Source: a virus
Length of the DNA stretch: 64,000 nucleotides
Direction: 5' to 3' (one strand)
Virus record (IMG/VR): IMGVR_UViG_3300028654_000014
Span: 18,222-82,221 of that record
Made by a program: the position numbers and the translations under genes. The notes beneath the pieces were generated by a model that was not told the DNA's origin, searched no databases, and saw nothing but the letters and a program-made list of their open reading frames with translations. Shown here one piece after another: positions 29,303-40,759 of this stretch; position 1 is the stretch's first letter; the number at the start of each line of letters is the position of its first letter.

Positions 29303-29395
29303 TTACCTTAATAAAAAACTTATGATTAAATAAACTATGAAATTAAAAATACCCATAGATATTAAAGCTAAACATATAGCATTCCAAAAACTCAT
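29303..29395 (-). CDS. 30-aa single-TM peptide
   Basis: MSFWNAICLALISMGIFNFIVYLIISFLLR* fills the gap between two genes. Confidence 0.4.
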   Translation of the reverse strand: MSFWNAICLALISMGIFNFIVYLIISFLLR

Positions 29396-29396
29396 A

Positions 29397-32300
29397 TTAA
29401 CGATAAGCCCTTGAACTTTGACCAATTTCACCTGTCAAAGTAATTCCAAAAAGAGAATATTTTTCTCTAGCAATTGAATGAGTAAATTGACAATTTAAAT
29501 ATCTACATCTTTGAACATCTCTAGGAATATAAGTTCTTGATGGAGCAGAATTTGATGCCCCACCAAAAAATCCATAACCAAATCCTGTTGGACCTGGAAC
29601 TCCATGAACTGAAGCAGGAATTCCTGTATAACCAAATATACCATTACCTGTACCAAGTACTGGAACATCAATAAAAGATGGTAATAGATCACTAGAAAAA
29701 CTTAAAGTTGCAGAAGTAAAAGCTTTATTTTCAAACATTGTTGTTGCTTCACGAACATGTTTTAAATTTAATGGATCACCAAAAGTTTGAGGTGCCCATT
29801 GAATATTTGATTTAATAGATTTAAAAATAGTCAAAGGACCAATAAGAAAATCTAATTTGTTGTTTAAAGTAACTCTTTTATTTGAAATATTAACCTTTGT
29901 AATAATAGCTTCTTGTAAAGTATTATTTACTATTTGTTGATAATTATTAAAAGCAGTACCAGTATCATTATTTAAAGTTAAAATCATTCCATTGTAAGAA
30001 GATTCAATATCTGCAAAATCATTGTTATTTACAGTTAAACTTCCAGTAGTACCTGCAACTTGTACTGATACTGGAATAGTAAATGTATTAGAAGTAAGAA
30101 CAGTTACAGGATAAGTTCCATCAATATTAGGAACAGAATCACTACCACTAATTGTAATTATTCTTCCACTTGTTAAGTTATGAGCACCAAATGTTGTAAT
30201 TACAGTAGGATCACTAGCAGAAATACCAGTAATAACTACTACAGAATTATTAGATTCATAAACAGTATAACTTGAACCAGGATCAGCTCCAGGTTGAGCT
30301 AATCTTCCAGCATCTGTAGCAATTTTAGCCAATAATAAATCTAATTGATTTCTAGCATTTCCACCAGGAAGTAATTGTAGAGTAGAAAAATAATTCCTAT
30401 CAGTTAAAAATACATCACTATCTAATTTAGTTAATAAAGTATTAAATTGAAAGATAGAAATAGTTTGATCTTGAGTTAAAACATCACCTACTGCAAAATC
30501 AGCAATATTACTAAATAATATTTGATCACCAAAATAATCACCAGCAACTAAATTTTGTGTTAATTCACGATCAGCATAATCATAACGATCAAAATCTTTT
30601 CTTTCTTGTTCTAAGAAATCAGTATCACCAGCTCCTAAATATTGTCTATCATTAAATGAATTAATAACACCACAAGTATCAGTTTTATCAAAAGTTGTCC
30701 ATGTATTAGTTAAAGTACTAAATCTATAACCAATAGTAGCTAAAAGATCAGTTGTCTCTTGAACTGTATAAACTGTATATGAATTATCAGATTCATAACC
30801 AATTCCCCAAGTAGCTGATTTAAAATTTGTATATTGTTCTGTTGCAAGTTTTAAAATATCAATATCAATTGGACGAGAAACAATATTAACACCAGATTCA
30901 GAAGTTGAAGTAATACCCTGAGTAGTCCATCCATAAATTAAATTATTAGATACATCTAAAGAATCAGGAGCCAATAAAATACAGCTACTATCAAATAAAG
31001 CAAGATTAAAAGGAGCAGTTTCTCCACTGATTCTAAATAATCCATCTTCTTTATAAACAAATAGACTATCTCTTAAAGGAAATATTCTAAGAATTGCTTT
31101 ATCTTTTGCACCAACATCAATTGTATTTACTAATGGTACAGCATCAGGTTGTAATATTTTAGAAAAATATATTCTATTAGGTAATACTTCATTATCAGAA
31201 GTTACAGCAGTTGTAATATTTATCAAAGCACCTCTAGTTCCAGCAACCGTTACATTTACAGGAATAGAGAAAGATGTAGGACTTATATATGAAATAGTCC
31301 AAACTCCATTAACTGAAGGAGTTGAATTAGAATTAGTGATCATTACTTGATTTTGATTAATAAGTCCATGAGGAGTTGAAGTTGTAATTACAGTAGGATT
31401 AGCAATTGAAATTGAACTTATTTGAATAGTAGGACTAATATCGGGATTAAAAGACAATCCTGTTTGAGAATTATTTCCAACAATAAAAAAGGGACTATTA
31501 GTTAAAGATCTAGCTTCAAATAATATTTGACCAGGAACACCTGTAGGACCTGAAAGATAATAAGCATAAATAGGAGAATTAGGATCTCTATTAATAATAT
31601 CAATTAAGCTTCTAGCAGTTTGATCAACAGCTTGTGCAGGACTTATAACATTTGATAATAGTATTTGATTTAAAGAAGGATCAGCTCCAACTCCAGGAGT
31701 TAAAACGCTTGAAGTAAATCCAGAAGTACCATTAGTAGGAGCAGCAGCACTTCCTTCATTGATATTAGTAACTGTAATATGATTTGTAGAAAATACTGAA
31801 GTAAAATCTTGAACAATTGTATTAATAACATTACTTGTTTTTATAGCAACAGTATTAGCCGAATCATTTGTTACAAGATCAACTAATACTCCAGTTTTAT
31901 TAGCTACAAGAGGATCAGTTCCAACTCCATTAACTTTATACCAAATATAATAAGAAGTTGTATCATTAGCATCATTGATTGTAAAATATTTCCCAGCTAA
32001 ATTACCTGAAACATCTGCTACTGTATTAATTTGAACAATTTGTGCAACTCCAAGAACGAAAGTATATGTAGTTGTAGTAGTGCCATCAGACAATGTAATT
32101 GTTGGAATTGTACCTGCATTAATTTCAGCAATCATTTGTTCTACACCTAATAAACTAATATCTAATCTTTGACGAGTACGAGTATTAGCATAAAACATGA
32201 CATTCTTAAAATTGTTAATATCTAATGCAAATGGAGGTAAATCATTTGCTTGTAAAATACCTTCACCAGTTGTAGCATTTGTATATAGAAAAGCTCCAGC

Positions 32301-34349
32301 AAATGCTTGAGGAGTAACATCAAGAACTGTAATAAAACCATTTATTATATCTTGAGCTGTAGGAAATCCTTCAAATACTAATTTTAATTCATCACTAGGA
32401 GCTATATCTGTAGCTAAAACTTGAGTTTGAGAAGCAGTAACAATATCTGATCTATAAATTTGATAAAAATCATTAACAGTTACACCAGCTGGAATTGTAA
32501 AAGTTAATAAAACATTAGCACTATTAGTCAATTGAATTGTTGATAAGAAATTAGTTTGAGAGTTTGAACTAATAGTAGGAGGTGTACCAGTTGAAGTTTC
32601 TGATTGTAATCGAGTTATAATAGCTAATAAATAATTTTGTAAAGCTAATAATTGAGCATCAGTTGTTGGAATTGAAGGAACAGCAGGTTGAGCAATAATT
32701 TCATATTCATAACTATGAATTGTAGCGTTACTAAATGAAACAGGACCACCAGCAGTTGTATTAAAATTAATTGCTGCGTCGAAATTTAAAGTAGCACCAG
32801 TTGTATTAGAAATAGCATTTTGACTAAGAGTTATTGTATTAATTCCTACAGCTGTTACATAAGTTCCAGCAGCAATATGTCCAGGACTAGTAACAATTAC
32901 ACCAACATTAATACCAGAAGTACTTGCAACACTTGTAATTATATTAGAATCAGTACCTTGAGTTATAGAAACAATACTAAACCCTGTAGTACCCATAGTA
33001 GCATCAGTAGTAGCACCAATAGATGTATTTGTAATAACAACATTATTAGTTGAACCTGAAGTTATAAAATCAGCATTAAATCCATTTAAAGCTTGTCTAA
33101 TATTAGCAGCAACGGTATTTGCTGAATCATTTGCAGAAATATTTACTCTAATACCTGTTTTACCAGAAACATTTGGATCAGTTCCAGTATTATCAGAATT
33201 TAACCAAACATAATATTGAGTTGCATCATTAGCACTATTAATTAAGAAATATGAACTATTAAGACTTGAATTAATATCAGCAATAGTAGTTAAAGAAGTA
33301 CTTTCAGCAACACCTAATGTTGTATTACCAGTTGTTGTAAATGTAGGAACTAATGTTGAAACAACTTCATTAGCAACACCAGTTGTAGGATTAATAAAAC
33401 TACCAGTAGTAGGAGTAAAATTATTTAATAATATATTACTACCAGATACAAAGTAATTAGCTGGATTTCCAGAAGAGAAACTAATTGTTCCAATTCCAGA
33501 ATTAATTGAAGCTCCACCAATTTGTAAAGGAGCAACAGAAACTTGATCAGCATATAAAATAGATTGATCTAATTTTGCAGCTAAAGCGATTAGATTTGCT
33601 TGTAATTCTTGAGCAGAAGCCGAAGGTCCTAAATTTAAAGAAGAAAAGAAATTAAGAGCTGTTATAAGACTAGGATTAGAAACGTTAGCACTAATATTAT
33701 TTAATTGATTTAGAATATTATTAAAATCCATTAATACCATTGTTGATAATGGATTAAATACAACAACTCTAGCAGTAGGAGATCCTAAAACTAAATTTCC
33801 ATTAGCATCAGTATAACCCCAAACTTGTCTATAAGCTACAGCACTATCTGGAGGTAAAAATCCTGATTGTAATCCTAAAGAGAAATCCAACACAGCTGAT
33901 AAATCTAAAGCTTTAATTCCACCAGCGGGAGTTATATAAGGACAAGCTGTTGTAAAATCAGCAGCAGTTTTAGCTGAAATCTTTTCAATACCATTAGAAG
34001 TTGTAAAGTAAAAATTACCATTAGCTTCTTTAAATCTTATTCTACGACCAACTTCAGGTTCTAAATAAGTTCCACAAAAACTTAAAAATTTACCAGCACC
34101 ATCACTATCATATTGTAATTGATTTGAGAAGTGTCTTAAAATTCTATTTTTATATGTCATTAATTGTTTTGCACGATCAGAAGATGAACCCATAGCATTA
34201 CCATATAAAGGATAACCTCTACGTGGCTCAATAACGCCATCACGCTTAATAATGACATTACTAGCTACTGCTAGACTTCCAGGAGGAAGATCTAATTGAT
34301 TAGGCTGGACATTTAATCCAGCTGCTTTTAATGTGATTGATGCTGACAT
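29397..34349 (-). CDS. tail nozzle/stabilisation protein (tubular B/gp10-like) with inserted repeats
   Basis: 1650 aa; PPGSLAVASNV..RRG N-terminus, NRIYFSK..PDAVP propeller-type motifs; follows the adaptor gene. Confidence 0.7.
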   Translation of the reverse strand: MSASITLKAAGLNVQPNQLDLPPGSLAVASNVIIKRDGVIEPRRGYPLYGNAMGSSSDRAKQLMTYKNRILRHFSNQLQYDSDGAGKFLSFCGTYLEPEVGRRIRFKEANGNFYFTTSNGIEKISAKTAADFTTACPYITPAGGIKALDLSAVLDFSLGLQSGFLPPDSAVAYRQVWGYTDANGNLVLGSPTARVVVFNPLSTMVLMDFNNILNQLNNISANVSNPSLITALNFFSSLNLGPSASAQELQANLIALAAKLDQSILYADQVSVAPLQIGGASINSGIGTISFSSGNPANYFVSGSNILLNNFTPTTGSFINPTTGVANEVVSTLVPTFTTTGNTTLGVAESTSLTTIADINSSLNSSYFLINSANDATQYYVWLNSDNTGTDPNVSGKTGIRVNISANDSANTVAANIRQALNGFNADFITSGSTNNVVITNTSIGATTDATMGTTGFSIVSITQGTDSNIITSVASTSGINVGVIVTSPGHIAAGTYVTAVGINTITLSQNAISNTTGATLNFDAAINFNTTAGGPVSFSNATIHSYEYEIIAQPAVPSIPTTDAQLLALQNYLLAIITRLQSETSTGTPPTISSNSQTNFLSTIQLTNSANVLLTFTIPAGVTVNDFYQIYRSDIVTASQTQVLATDIAPSDELKLVFEGFPTAQDIINGFITVLDVTPQAFAGAFLYTNATTGEGILQANDLPPFALDINNFKNVMFYANTRTRQRLDISLLGVEQMIAEINAGTIPTITLSDGTTTTTYTFVLGVAQIVQINTVADVSGNLAGKYFTINDANDTTSYYIWYKVNGVGTDPLVANKTGVLVDLVTNDSANTVAIKTSNVINTIVQDFTSVFSTNHITVTNINEGSAAAPTNGTSGFTSSVLTPGVGADPSLNQILLSNVISPAQAVDQTARSLIDIINRDPNSPIYAYYLSGPTGVPGQILFEARSLTNSPFFIVGNNSQTGLSFNPDISPTIQISSISIANPTVITTSTPHGLINQNQVMITNSNSTPSVNGVWTISYISPTSFSIPVNVTVAGTRGALINITTAVTSDNEVLPNRIYFSKILQPDAVPLVNTIDVGAKDKAILRIFPLRDSLFVYKEDGLFRISGETAPFNLALFDSSCILLAPDSLDVSNNLIYGWTTQGITSTSESGVNIVSRPIDIDILKLATEQYTNFKSATWGIGYESDNSYTVYTVQETTDLLATIGYRFSTLTNTWTTFDKTDTCGVINSFNDRQYLGAGDTDFLEQERKDFDRYDYADRELTQNLVAGDYFGDQILFSNIADFAVGDVLTQDQTISIFQFNTLLTKLDSDVFLTDRNYFSTLQLLPGGNARNQLDLLLAKIATDAGRLAQPGADPGSSYTVYESNNSVVVITGISASDPTVITTFGAHNLTSGRIITISGSDSVPNIDGTYPVTVLTSNTFTIPVSVQVAGTTGSLTVNNNDFADIESSYNGMILTLNNDTGTAFNNYQQIVNNTLQEAIITKVNISNKRVTLNNKLDFLIGPLTIFKSIKSNIQWAPQTFGDPLNLKHVREATTMFENKAFTSATLSFSSDLLPSFIDVPVLGTGNGIFGYTGIPASVHGVPGPTGFGYGFFGGASNSAPSRTYIPRDVQRCRYLNCQFTHSIAREKYSLFGITLTGEIGQSSRAYR

Positions 34350-34355
34350 TATTTA

Positions 34356-35900
34356 TTATGTTCTCCTGGTAGTTCCGAGTTTTCCATACCTAAGTAAAGA
34401 ATGTCGGTTATTAACTTTTTGAGGAGTTCCTTCTGAACGATTATCTAAAAGATTACCTTGACGTTGTTCAATTTCTGCAATTTTTGCATTAGAAGTTGCC
34501 AAACCTGCTTGATCTCCAATTGCTGCCAATATTCTAGCAGCTGTTCTTTCAGCTAAACCATTATGTAAATCAGGAGGAATTTGAGGAATGATAGCTTCAT
34601 TTGCTAAACAAATATAATCATTAGGTTTAATATCTGCTAATATAAACTGTATAGGATTAGAATGAATATCTTTTGTTATTCCATTATTAATAGTTCCAGT
34701 AGGAACAAGTAATTGTTTTTGTTGAAATGTAATAGTAGTTCCACTAATTCCAGTTGGACTTATTAAAACATCATATTTATAAATTCTATGACCTGGTTCT
34801 GTTTGTAGAAAATCTATTAATGTATTAGGTTGAAATAAAGGTTCTGTAATATTAGTTTCATTATCAGTATAAACACTTGGTAATGAATCAAATACAATAC
34901 CTATAGTATGTTGAGGAATCATAAATGCTATAGTATTACTAGTTATAATAGGCATTCTAATATTAAGAAAGAAAGGTATTACTAAATTTAGAGAATTAGT
35001 TGAAGTTGTATAATCAATAGCAGTTGCATTAATAGATGCCGATAAATTTGCAGCAGTTAAAGCATCACTTACAGCAATTTGAAATTGATTAGTTGATGTA
35101 AATGTTCCAGTTGAACCTGATGTTGCTATTTGAAAAGGAATAGTAAAATTATTAGGATCAAGAACAGTTACACAATAAGTTCCATCAATAATTGGATTTG
35201 AGTTACTTCCGGTAATAGTTACAAATTGACCAGTAGATAATTGATGATTAGCTGAAGCAATTTGAGTTGCAGTAGATGATAAAGCAGTAATCGAACTAAT
35301 TGAACCACCTAAAGTATTAACAGCAGTATAAATTGTTTTTCCTAAAGTAATTGTATCTAAAGGAACAATTAAACTGTTATTAATTCTAATAGGTTGATTA
35401 AAACCTTGAACAATCGCAGCACGATCATTTTTTACTAACTGATTAGGACGAAGATAAAATACAAATACTAAAGATCCTGTAGGAGAATCTACAACACCAG
35501 GAGTTAATACTACATCATTACCTTCAATATAAAATTTATGAATAGCTTGATTAGATCCGATATTTGCTTGAAAAAAAGCTTTATCATGTTCTTCAATTCG
35601 AGTCATTTCGAAAAGATTGCCGTTTTGATCCATCCAAAATAAATCACGAAGTTTCATTCCTGTTGCGCGTCCAGGAATTGGATACTTACTTAAATTAGTT
35701 TTTAATGGAGTAGTAACATAATTTACAAAATACTCTTCATGAAATTGAAGAATAGTAGGTACCTGCGAAATGAACATTTCTTCATTCGCAAAAGCTAAAA
35801 TATCAAGATTGGTAAAAGTGTTTTGACTTATTGGAAACGCAATTTTACGTTTAACACTATCAATAATGTCATAACTCGTATACCATGGTTTTATAGACAT
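34356..35900 (-). CDS. head-tail adaptor (tubular A-like) with inserted domain
   Basis: Helical N-terminus (IIDSVKRK..FANEE), C-terminal IPQIPPDLH..LAERTAAR. Confidence 0.65.
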   Translation of the reverse strand: MSIKPWYTSYDIIDSVKRKIAFPISQNTFTNLDILAFANEEMFISQVPTILQFHEEYFVNYVTTPLKTNLSKYPIPGRATGMKLRDLFWMDQNGNLFEMTRIEEHDKAFFQANIGSNQAIHKFYIEGNDVVLTPGVVDSPTGSLVFVFYLRPNQLVKNDRAAIVQGFNQPIRINNSLIVPLDTITLGKTIYTAVNTLGGSISSITALSSTATQIASANHQLSTGQFVTITGSNSNPIIDGTYCVTVLDPNNFTIPFQIATSGSTGTFTSTNQFQIAVSDALTAANLSASINATAIDYTTSTNSLNLVIPFFLNIRMPIITSNTIAFMIPQHTIGIVFDSLPSVYTDNETNITEPLFQPNTLIDFLQTEPGHRIYKYDVLISPTGISGTTITFQQKQLLVPTGTINNGITKDIHSNPIQFILADIKPNDYICLANEAIIPQIPPDLHNGLAERTAARILAAIGDQAGLATSNAKIAEIEQRQGNLLDNRSEGTPQKVNNRHSLLRYGKLGTTRRT

Positions 35901-35936
35901 CGAATCCTCCTAAAGTTATTAAAAAACGAAGTAACT

Positions 35937-36482
35937 TTATTTGGATGATAGCTTCTTATGAAGTTCCATTAGATGATCGATTCTTTTTTGAATCTCATCA
36001 ATGTCAAGTCCTTCTAAATTTTCATGATCTTCTTCTGATTCTTCTTCAGAAGATTCTTCGCCTTCATGTTCAGGAGATTCTTCATCTTCTTGAGCAGGAG
36101 AACCTTCATCAGCAGCTTCATAATCGCCTTGATCGGGAGATTCTTCAACTTCCCCACCTTCAGCCATACCCATTTCATTTCCACCATGCTCATGTTCGTG
36201 TTCTTGTTCAGCATGTTTGAAATCAGAATATGGAGCTTCAGCATCTTGTTGCATTTGCTGTTCTTCAGGATCATTTAAAATTCCTTTAGCTTTATCAAGA
36301 CCATGTTGCAGACCTTGTTTGCTATTGGACATAACGGATACTTTTCCAAGACCGTCTAATTTATCACCCATCATGCCTGAAACAGAATCTTTTAGATCCT
36401 TAACAACAGACATTTTAGCGTGTTTTTCATTTGGCGAAAGATCTCTCTTTTTAGCCAACATTTTCATCATTTTATCGCGCAT
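35937..36482 (-). CDS. acidic internal head protein
   Basis: E/D-rich with MAEGGEV motif. Confidence 0.5.
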   Translation of the reverse strand: MRDKMMKMLAKKRDLSPNEKHAKMSVVKDLKDSVSGMMGDKLDGLGKVSVMSNSKQGLQHGLDKAKGILNDPEEQQMQQDAEAPYSDFKHAEQEHEHEHGGNEMGMAEGGEVEESPDQGDYEAADEGSPAQEDEESPEHEGEESSEEESEEDHENLEGLDIDEIQKRIDHLMELHKKLSSK

Positions 36483-36501
36483 AAATTACCTTTCCTATCT
36501 C

Positions 36502-36735
36502 TTATAAATGATTGTAAGTTACTTGAGTTGAATCAGAACCACTTGTAGAAACAGATGGATCTGTATCACGAACAGTAACTTGAACAATACCAGCTTTCAA
36601 ACCACCTTCAATAGCTGTCAAAACATTAATATTCTTATTAATTGCTTCGTCAACTTTTGTAGGTACTTGAACTTCTGCATTTAACTGATCAATGGAATCA
36701 TTGGGACAGTTAATCACTAAAACTAAAAATGCCAT
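36502..36735 (-). CDS. small virion-module protein
   Basis: AGGAG RBS; coupled gene. Confidence 0.55.
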   Translation of the reverse strand: MAFLVLVINCPNDSIDQLNAEVQVPTKVDEAINKNINVLTAIEGGLKAGIVQVTVRDTDPSVSTSGSDSTQVTYNHL

Positions 36736-36745
36736 ATTTTCTCCT

Positions 36746-37216
36746 TTACTTTTTCAGTAAGTTAATTATTAATAAAGCTACAATGCTCACGGCTTGCAAA
36801 ATAGCAGCAAATTTCAATATAAATGGATAATCTCTATCTTTTAAAACTTCTATTGTTTTTATTTCTTGAACAACAATAGGTTTTTCATATTCAATTATCT
36901 TTGGTACTTCGATATATTTTATTACTTCAATTGTTCTATATTCGATTTCTTTTACAATAACTTGTTTTTCAATTTCTCTAATTTCAATTTGAGGTATAAA
37001 TACATTCTTTTCAATGATTTGTATATTAGATTCTTTTTGATCTATTTTAATATTCTTTAAACCATCTTTAATTGAATTAGTTATTTGATCTGTATCAACT
37101 GTAATTCTAATATTATCACCCCCAACTAATACTACCCTATCAGCATCTAAATTGTCATCAAACTTGCGTTTGTGAATTTGATCGGTATCGAGTTGAGTTA
37201 AATTATTGTTTTTCAT
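36746..37216 (-). CDS. protein with IEKxV repeats and a C-terminal TM helix
   Basis: Repeated I/V-E-K/Y motifs; hydrophobic C-terminus. Confidence 0.55.
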   Translation of the reverse strand: MKNNNLTQLDTDQIHKRKFDDNLDADRVVLVGGDNIRITVDTDQITNSIKDGLKNIKIDQKESNIQIIEKNVFIPQIEIREIEKQVIVKEIEYRTIEVIKYIEVPKIIEYEKPIVVQEIKTIEVLKDRDYPFILKFAAILQAVSIVALLIINLLKK

Positions 37217-37237
37217 AAGTATAGTTGTTAATATCCT

Positions 37238-40200
37238 TTATTTAAGTTGTTTTACTATCCAAGTTATACTTGGTGAATTTGATAGATTTTCTATACTTAA
37301 AGTTCCACCTGTAACTTGTCCTTGAATACTTATTGTAGCAGCTGAACCCGAACTAAATGCATATATTCCAGTAAGTGTAATAGGAGAACTTTGACTAATT
37401 GCTCCAATAATTGCAGCAGAAGAAAAATTAATTGTTCCATCTGTTAAAAAGAAACTACCTTGTGCAGCACTTTGATCTCCAAAAAATATAGCTGTTATTT
37501 CATAAACAGAACTAGAAGATGCTGGAGTTATAGAAAGACCAGCAACATTACTAGATGCAGCACTTACTGTTATTCCATCACTAAATATTGTAGTTAAAGT
37601 ATTATTTCCAGAATTTGTTAAAGCTGCTTGAGATGTACTTGAAGTTGACCATGATGTTGTATTTAGCATACTACCACTATAATAATTTACTGAAGCAACA
37701 GATGATGGTGTTCCCCAAGTTGGAGCAGAAGTACCATTTGAAATTGGAACTTGACCAGTAGTACCAGCTCCCATATTTACAAATTTAGTACCATCAGAAT
37801 AAAACATTCCACCGGCTGTAACAGAAAGTGAACCATTATTAGTACCACCATTTGCAATTGGTAATACGTTTGATACTTGAGAAGTTAAATTAACTGAAAC
37901 ACTTGTTAATTGAGAAAATGGTAAACTTAAAGCACTTAAAGTTGTTATAGTAGAATTAGATGAAGCTGTAATATTTGAAGCTGTACCAGTTGTAGATTGA
38001 TTTAAAGTTGGAATATCACCAGCTACAATTGCTCCCCATGCTGGAGCAGCAGAAATAGATCCTGTTCCTGTTTGTGTTAAAAATTGTTTTGTTGAAGTAA
38101 TATTACCAGCTAATCTTGCAGCAACAGGAGTTGCATTTTCATAAATTATATCACCCAATGTAGTCATTGGATTTGAAAAACCAGCAGGAGGAGCAGCAAA
38201 AGTTCCATCGGCTCTTAAGAAATTACTTGTTCCACCACCAGAAGCTGGAACCAAACCTTGAAGAGTAGATGTAAATAAATTTAAATCAGCAGTTAATTGA
38301 GTTGAAGTTACATCTATAGCATTTGCAGTAGAACCTGTATTATTACCTTTATATGTATGAGCTGCCATTTGGGAAAGATTAGAATTGGTAACAACATTTG
38401 TTCCTGAAACAGTTCCAGCACTACCACTAGCATTTCCTGTTAAATTTGCAGTAACAGTTGTAGCTGATATAGAACCGTTGACTTGTAAAAAATCTGTTCC
38501 ATTATCTGTAGTTGTATTTATTAAAACATGACCAGAAGTAGTAACTCTTACTCTTTCAGTACGAGTTGTAGATCCTGTTGGAGTTGAATTAAGTGTTAAA
38601 TAAGCACCTTGAGCCGAATCAGTCCAATTTTCACCAGCAAGAAATCCAACACTTGCTTTTACATTTGAACCAAAAGCAGTAGCTCCATATCCAAGACCGC
38701 CAACAAAACCTAAACTATCATTTGATTGAACAGCAGTTGGACTTCCAGAAGTTCCTCTTGCACGTCTTATTTTAAGACCAGCATTACCAGCATTATCATA
38801 ATTTGTTAATTGTAAATTTTGAGTTGTTGCAGAACTTTGAGCTTGTAAATCTAAAATAGAATTTGCTGCTGGAGCTACTCCAACACCTAAAGCTTTATTT
38901 GTTGCATCAACTATTAAAGCGTTTGTATTTACAGTAAAAGCTGTAGTAGAAGTAGAAGATACTGCTAAATCACCACTAAAAGTTTTAGCCCCAGCAATTG
39001 TTTGAGTTGTTGTAGAAATTCCACCAGGATGTGTTGAATCTGCTGGTTGAAGATTTAATACTTGTCCAGAAATACTTAAACCATTAGCATTAGGAGTTGA
39101 TCCAAAAGCTGCTAAAGTAACATCACCACTATTTGTACCAGAAGAAGATCCAGAAATATTAGTAGCTGAAATTGTTCCTGCTAAAGTAGCATTACCTTGA
39201 TAAGTAACTGCAAAAGCATTAGATCTATGTGTATTATCAGTACCATTACCAATTATAAAAGCATTATCAGTATTAACTAAACTTCCTGATGTACCTTGAA
39301 CTACGTTATAACTACCAATAGCAGTTTGTCCATAACCTTGAGCTGTAGTTCCAACATTTGCAGCATGAGCAGCTAAACCTGAAGTTAAAGTACCAGTACC
39401 TTCTGCATGAGAATAAGTAGATCCTGCTGTATTATTTTGACCTTCAACATGACTATAATCACCTGAAGCTGTATTTGTAGATCCTTCAGAATGTGATGCA
39501 TAACCAGAAGCATTTGTACTTTCACCTTCTGCATGAGAAATATTTCCAGAAGCTATTGTTCCCGTACCTTCTGCATGAGAATTTGTATTAGTTGCTTGAG
39601 TTGAAGATCCTTCAGCATGAGCAGAAGCAGCAGAAGCTGTTACTGTATCACCAGTAGCTGTAGAATTATCACCAGATGCTGTTGAATTATTACCGGAAGC
39701 AAATGAATTTAAACCTGAAGTAACATTACCAGTTCCAACAGCAACAGTAATTGTAAATGTTTTAGCTCCTGCAAAAGATTGTGTAGTAGTTGAAACTCCT
39801 CCTGGATTTGTAGCATCAGCAGGTTGAAGAGTTAAAACTTGAGTAGATAATGATGCTCCATTAGAATTAGGAGAACTTCCAAAAGTTGCTAAAGTTACAG
39901 GATTATGAGATCCTTGATTTATAGTAAATCCGCTAGATCCTGGAGTAACTGTTACGATACCAGCAGTATTAGGAGCTTTAAATATCCAACTATTACGATC
40001 AGAAGAAGTTTGAGCATAACCTGTTACTATATTATTTTCTTCAACATTAATACCAGAATTAGAACCACTTCCAACTCCAGCACCAACATTTAAATTTATA
40101 ACAGGATTAGATACATTTAAAGTTGTAGTATTTTCAAATATTGTTGTACCTTGAATATTTACAGTCGCGCCAGAATTTCCAATATTAATTACTGTAGAAT

Positions 40201-40471
40201 TAACACTTGTACCAATTGCTAATGTTCCAGAAGTTGATCTATCTAAAGAAGCTGTTAAAATTCCACCAGTAACACTTAATTTTGTAGTTCCATTATCATA
40301 TGAAAAATTTGCATTATCTTGATTTAATGAACCAGTAGGATTTACAAATAATACAGATTTATTAGTACCACCAACAACTGATCCACCAATAGTAGGAGAT
40401 CCACCTCCACCACCACTGGTACCAGCATTATCAAAGCCACTAAATAATAAAGGATTAAATTTAATCGACAT
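37238..40471 (-). CDS. tail fibre with YadA/Hep-Hag-like head repeats
   Basis: Tandem 14-aa SHAEG repeats, AFIIGNG..RSNAF neck, S/T/G-rich beta repeats. Confidence 0.8.
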   Translation of the reverse strand: MSIKFNPLLFSGFDNAGTSGGGGGSPTIGGSVVGGTNKSVLFVNPTGSLNQDNANFSYDNGTTKLSVTGGILTASLDRSTSGTLAIGTSVNSTVINIGNSGATVNIQGTTIFENTTTLNVSNPVINLNVGAGVGSGSNSGINVEENNIVTGYAQTSSDRNSWIFKAPNTAGIVTVTPGSSGFTINQGSHNPVTLATFGSSPNSNGASLSTQVLTLQPADATNPGGVSTTTQSFAGAKTFTITVAVGTGNVTSGLNSFASGNNSTASGDNSTATGDTVTASAASAHAEGSSTQATNTNSHAEGTGTIASGNISHAEGESTNASGYASHSEGSTNTASGDYSHVEGQNNTAGSTYSHAEGTGTLTSGLAAHAANVGTTAQGYGQTAIGSYNVVQGTSGSLVNTDNAFIIGNGTDNTHRSNAFAVTYQGNATLAGTISATNISGSSSGTNSGDVTLAAFGSTPNANGLSISGQVLNLQPADSTHPGGISTTTQTIAGAKTFSGDLAVSSTSTTAFTVNTNALIVDATNKALGVGVAPAANSILDLQAQSSATTQNLQLTNYDNAGNAGLKIRRARGTSGSPTAVQSNDSLGFVGGLGYGATAFGSNVKASVGFLAGENWTDSAQGAYLTLNSTPTGSTTRTERVRVTTSGHVLINTTTDNGTDFLQVNGSISATTVTANLTGNASGSAGTVSGTNVVTNSNLSQMAAHTYKGNNTGSTANAIDVTSTQLTADLNLFTSTLQGLVPASGGGTSNFLRADGTFAAPPAGFSNPMTTLGDIIYENATPVAARLAGNITSTKQFLTQTGTGSISAAPAWGAIVAGDIPTLNQSTTGTASNITASSNSTITTLSALSLPFSQLTSVSVNLTSQVSNVLPIANGGTNNGSLSVTAGGMFYSDGTKFVNMGAGTTGQVPISNGTSAPTWGTPSSVASVNYYSGSMLNTTSWSTSSTSQAALTNSGNNTLTTIFSDGITVSAASSNVAGLSITPASSSSVYEITAIFFGDQSAAQGSFFLTDGTINFSSAAIIGAISQSSPITLTGIYAFSSGSAATISIQGQVTGGTLSIENLSNSPSITWIVKQLK

Positions 40472-40481
40472 TTGTTACCTT

Positions 40482-40751
40482 TTAATTTGTTCTTTCAGCA
40501 GAAATCATTGTATCTCTAGTTCCAGTTGTATATATAATTTTTATAACATACAAATTAGTTCCACTTTCAGAAAAAGTATAAGTTTCAGTATCATTTGCAA
40601 CAGAAGTTGTAGAAATTGCTAATTCAACTTTACGACCAACTTCTCCAGTTAAAAAACCATCAACACCTAAAGTAGCATTAACATCATTATAAGATCTTTG
40701 AATTGTTTGTAAAGGATCTGTATCTGAAAGCGGTTTATTAGTAAGTGACAT
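40482..40751 (-). CDS. small virion protein
   Basis: Position and beta-rich composition. Confidence 0.55.
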   Translation of the reverse strand: MSLTNKPLSDTDPLQTIQRSYNDVNATLGVDGFLTGEVGRKVELAISTTSVANDTETYTFSESGTNLYVIKIIYTTGTRDTMISAERTN

Positions 40752-40759
40752 ATATTTCC

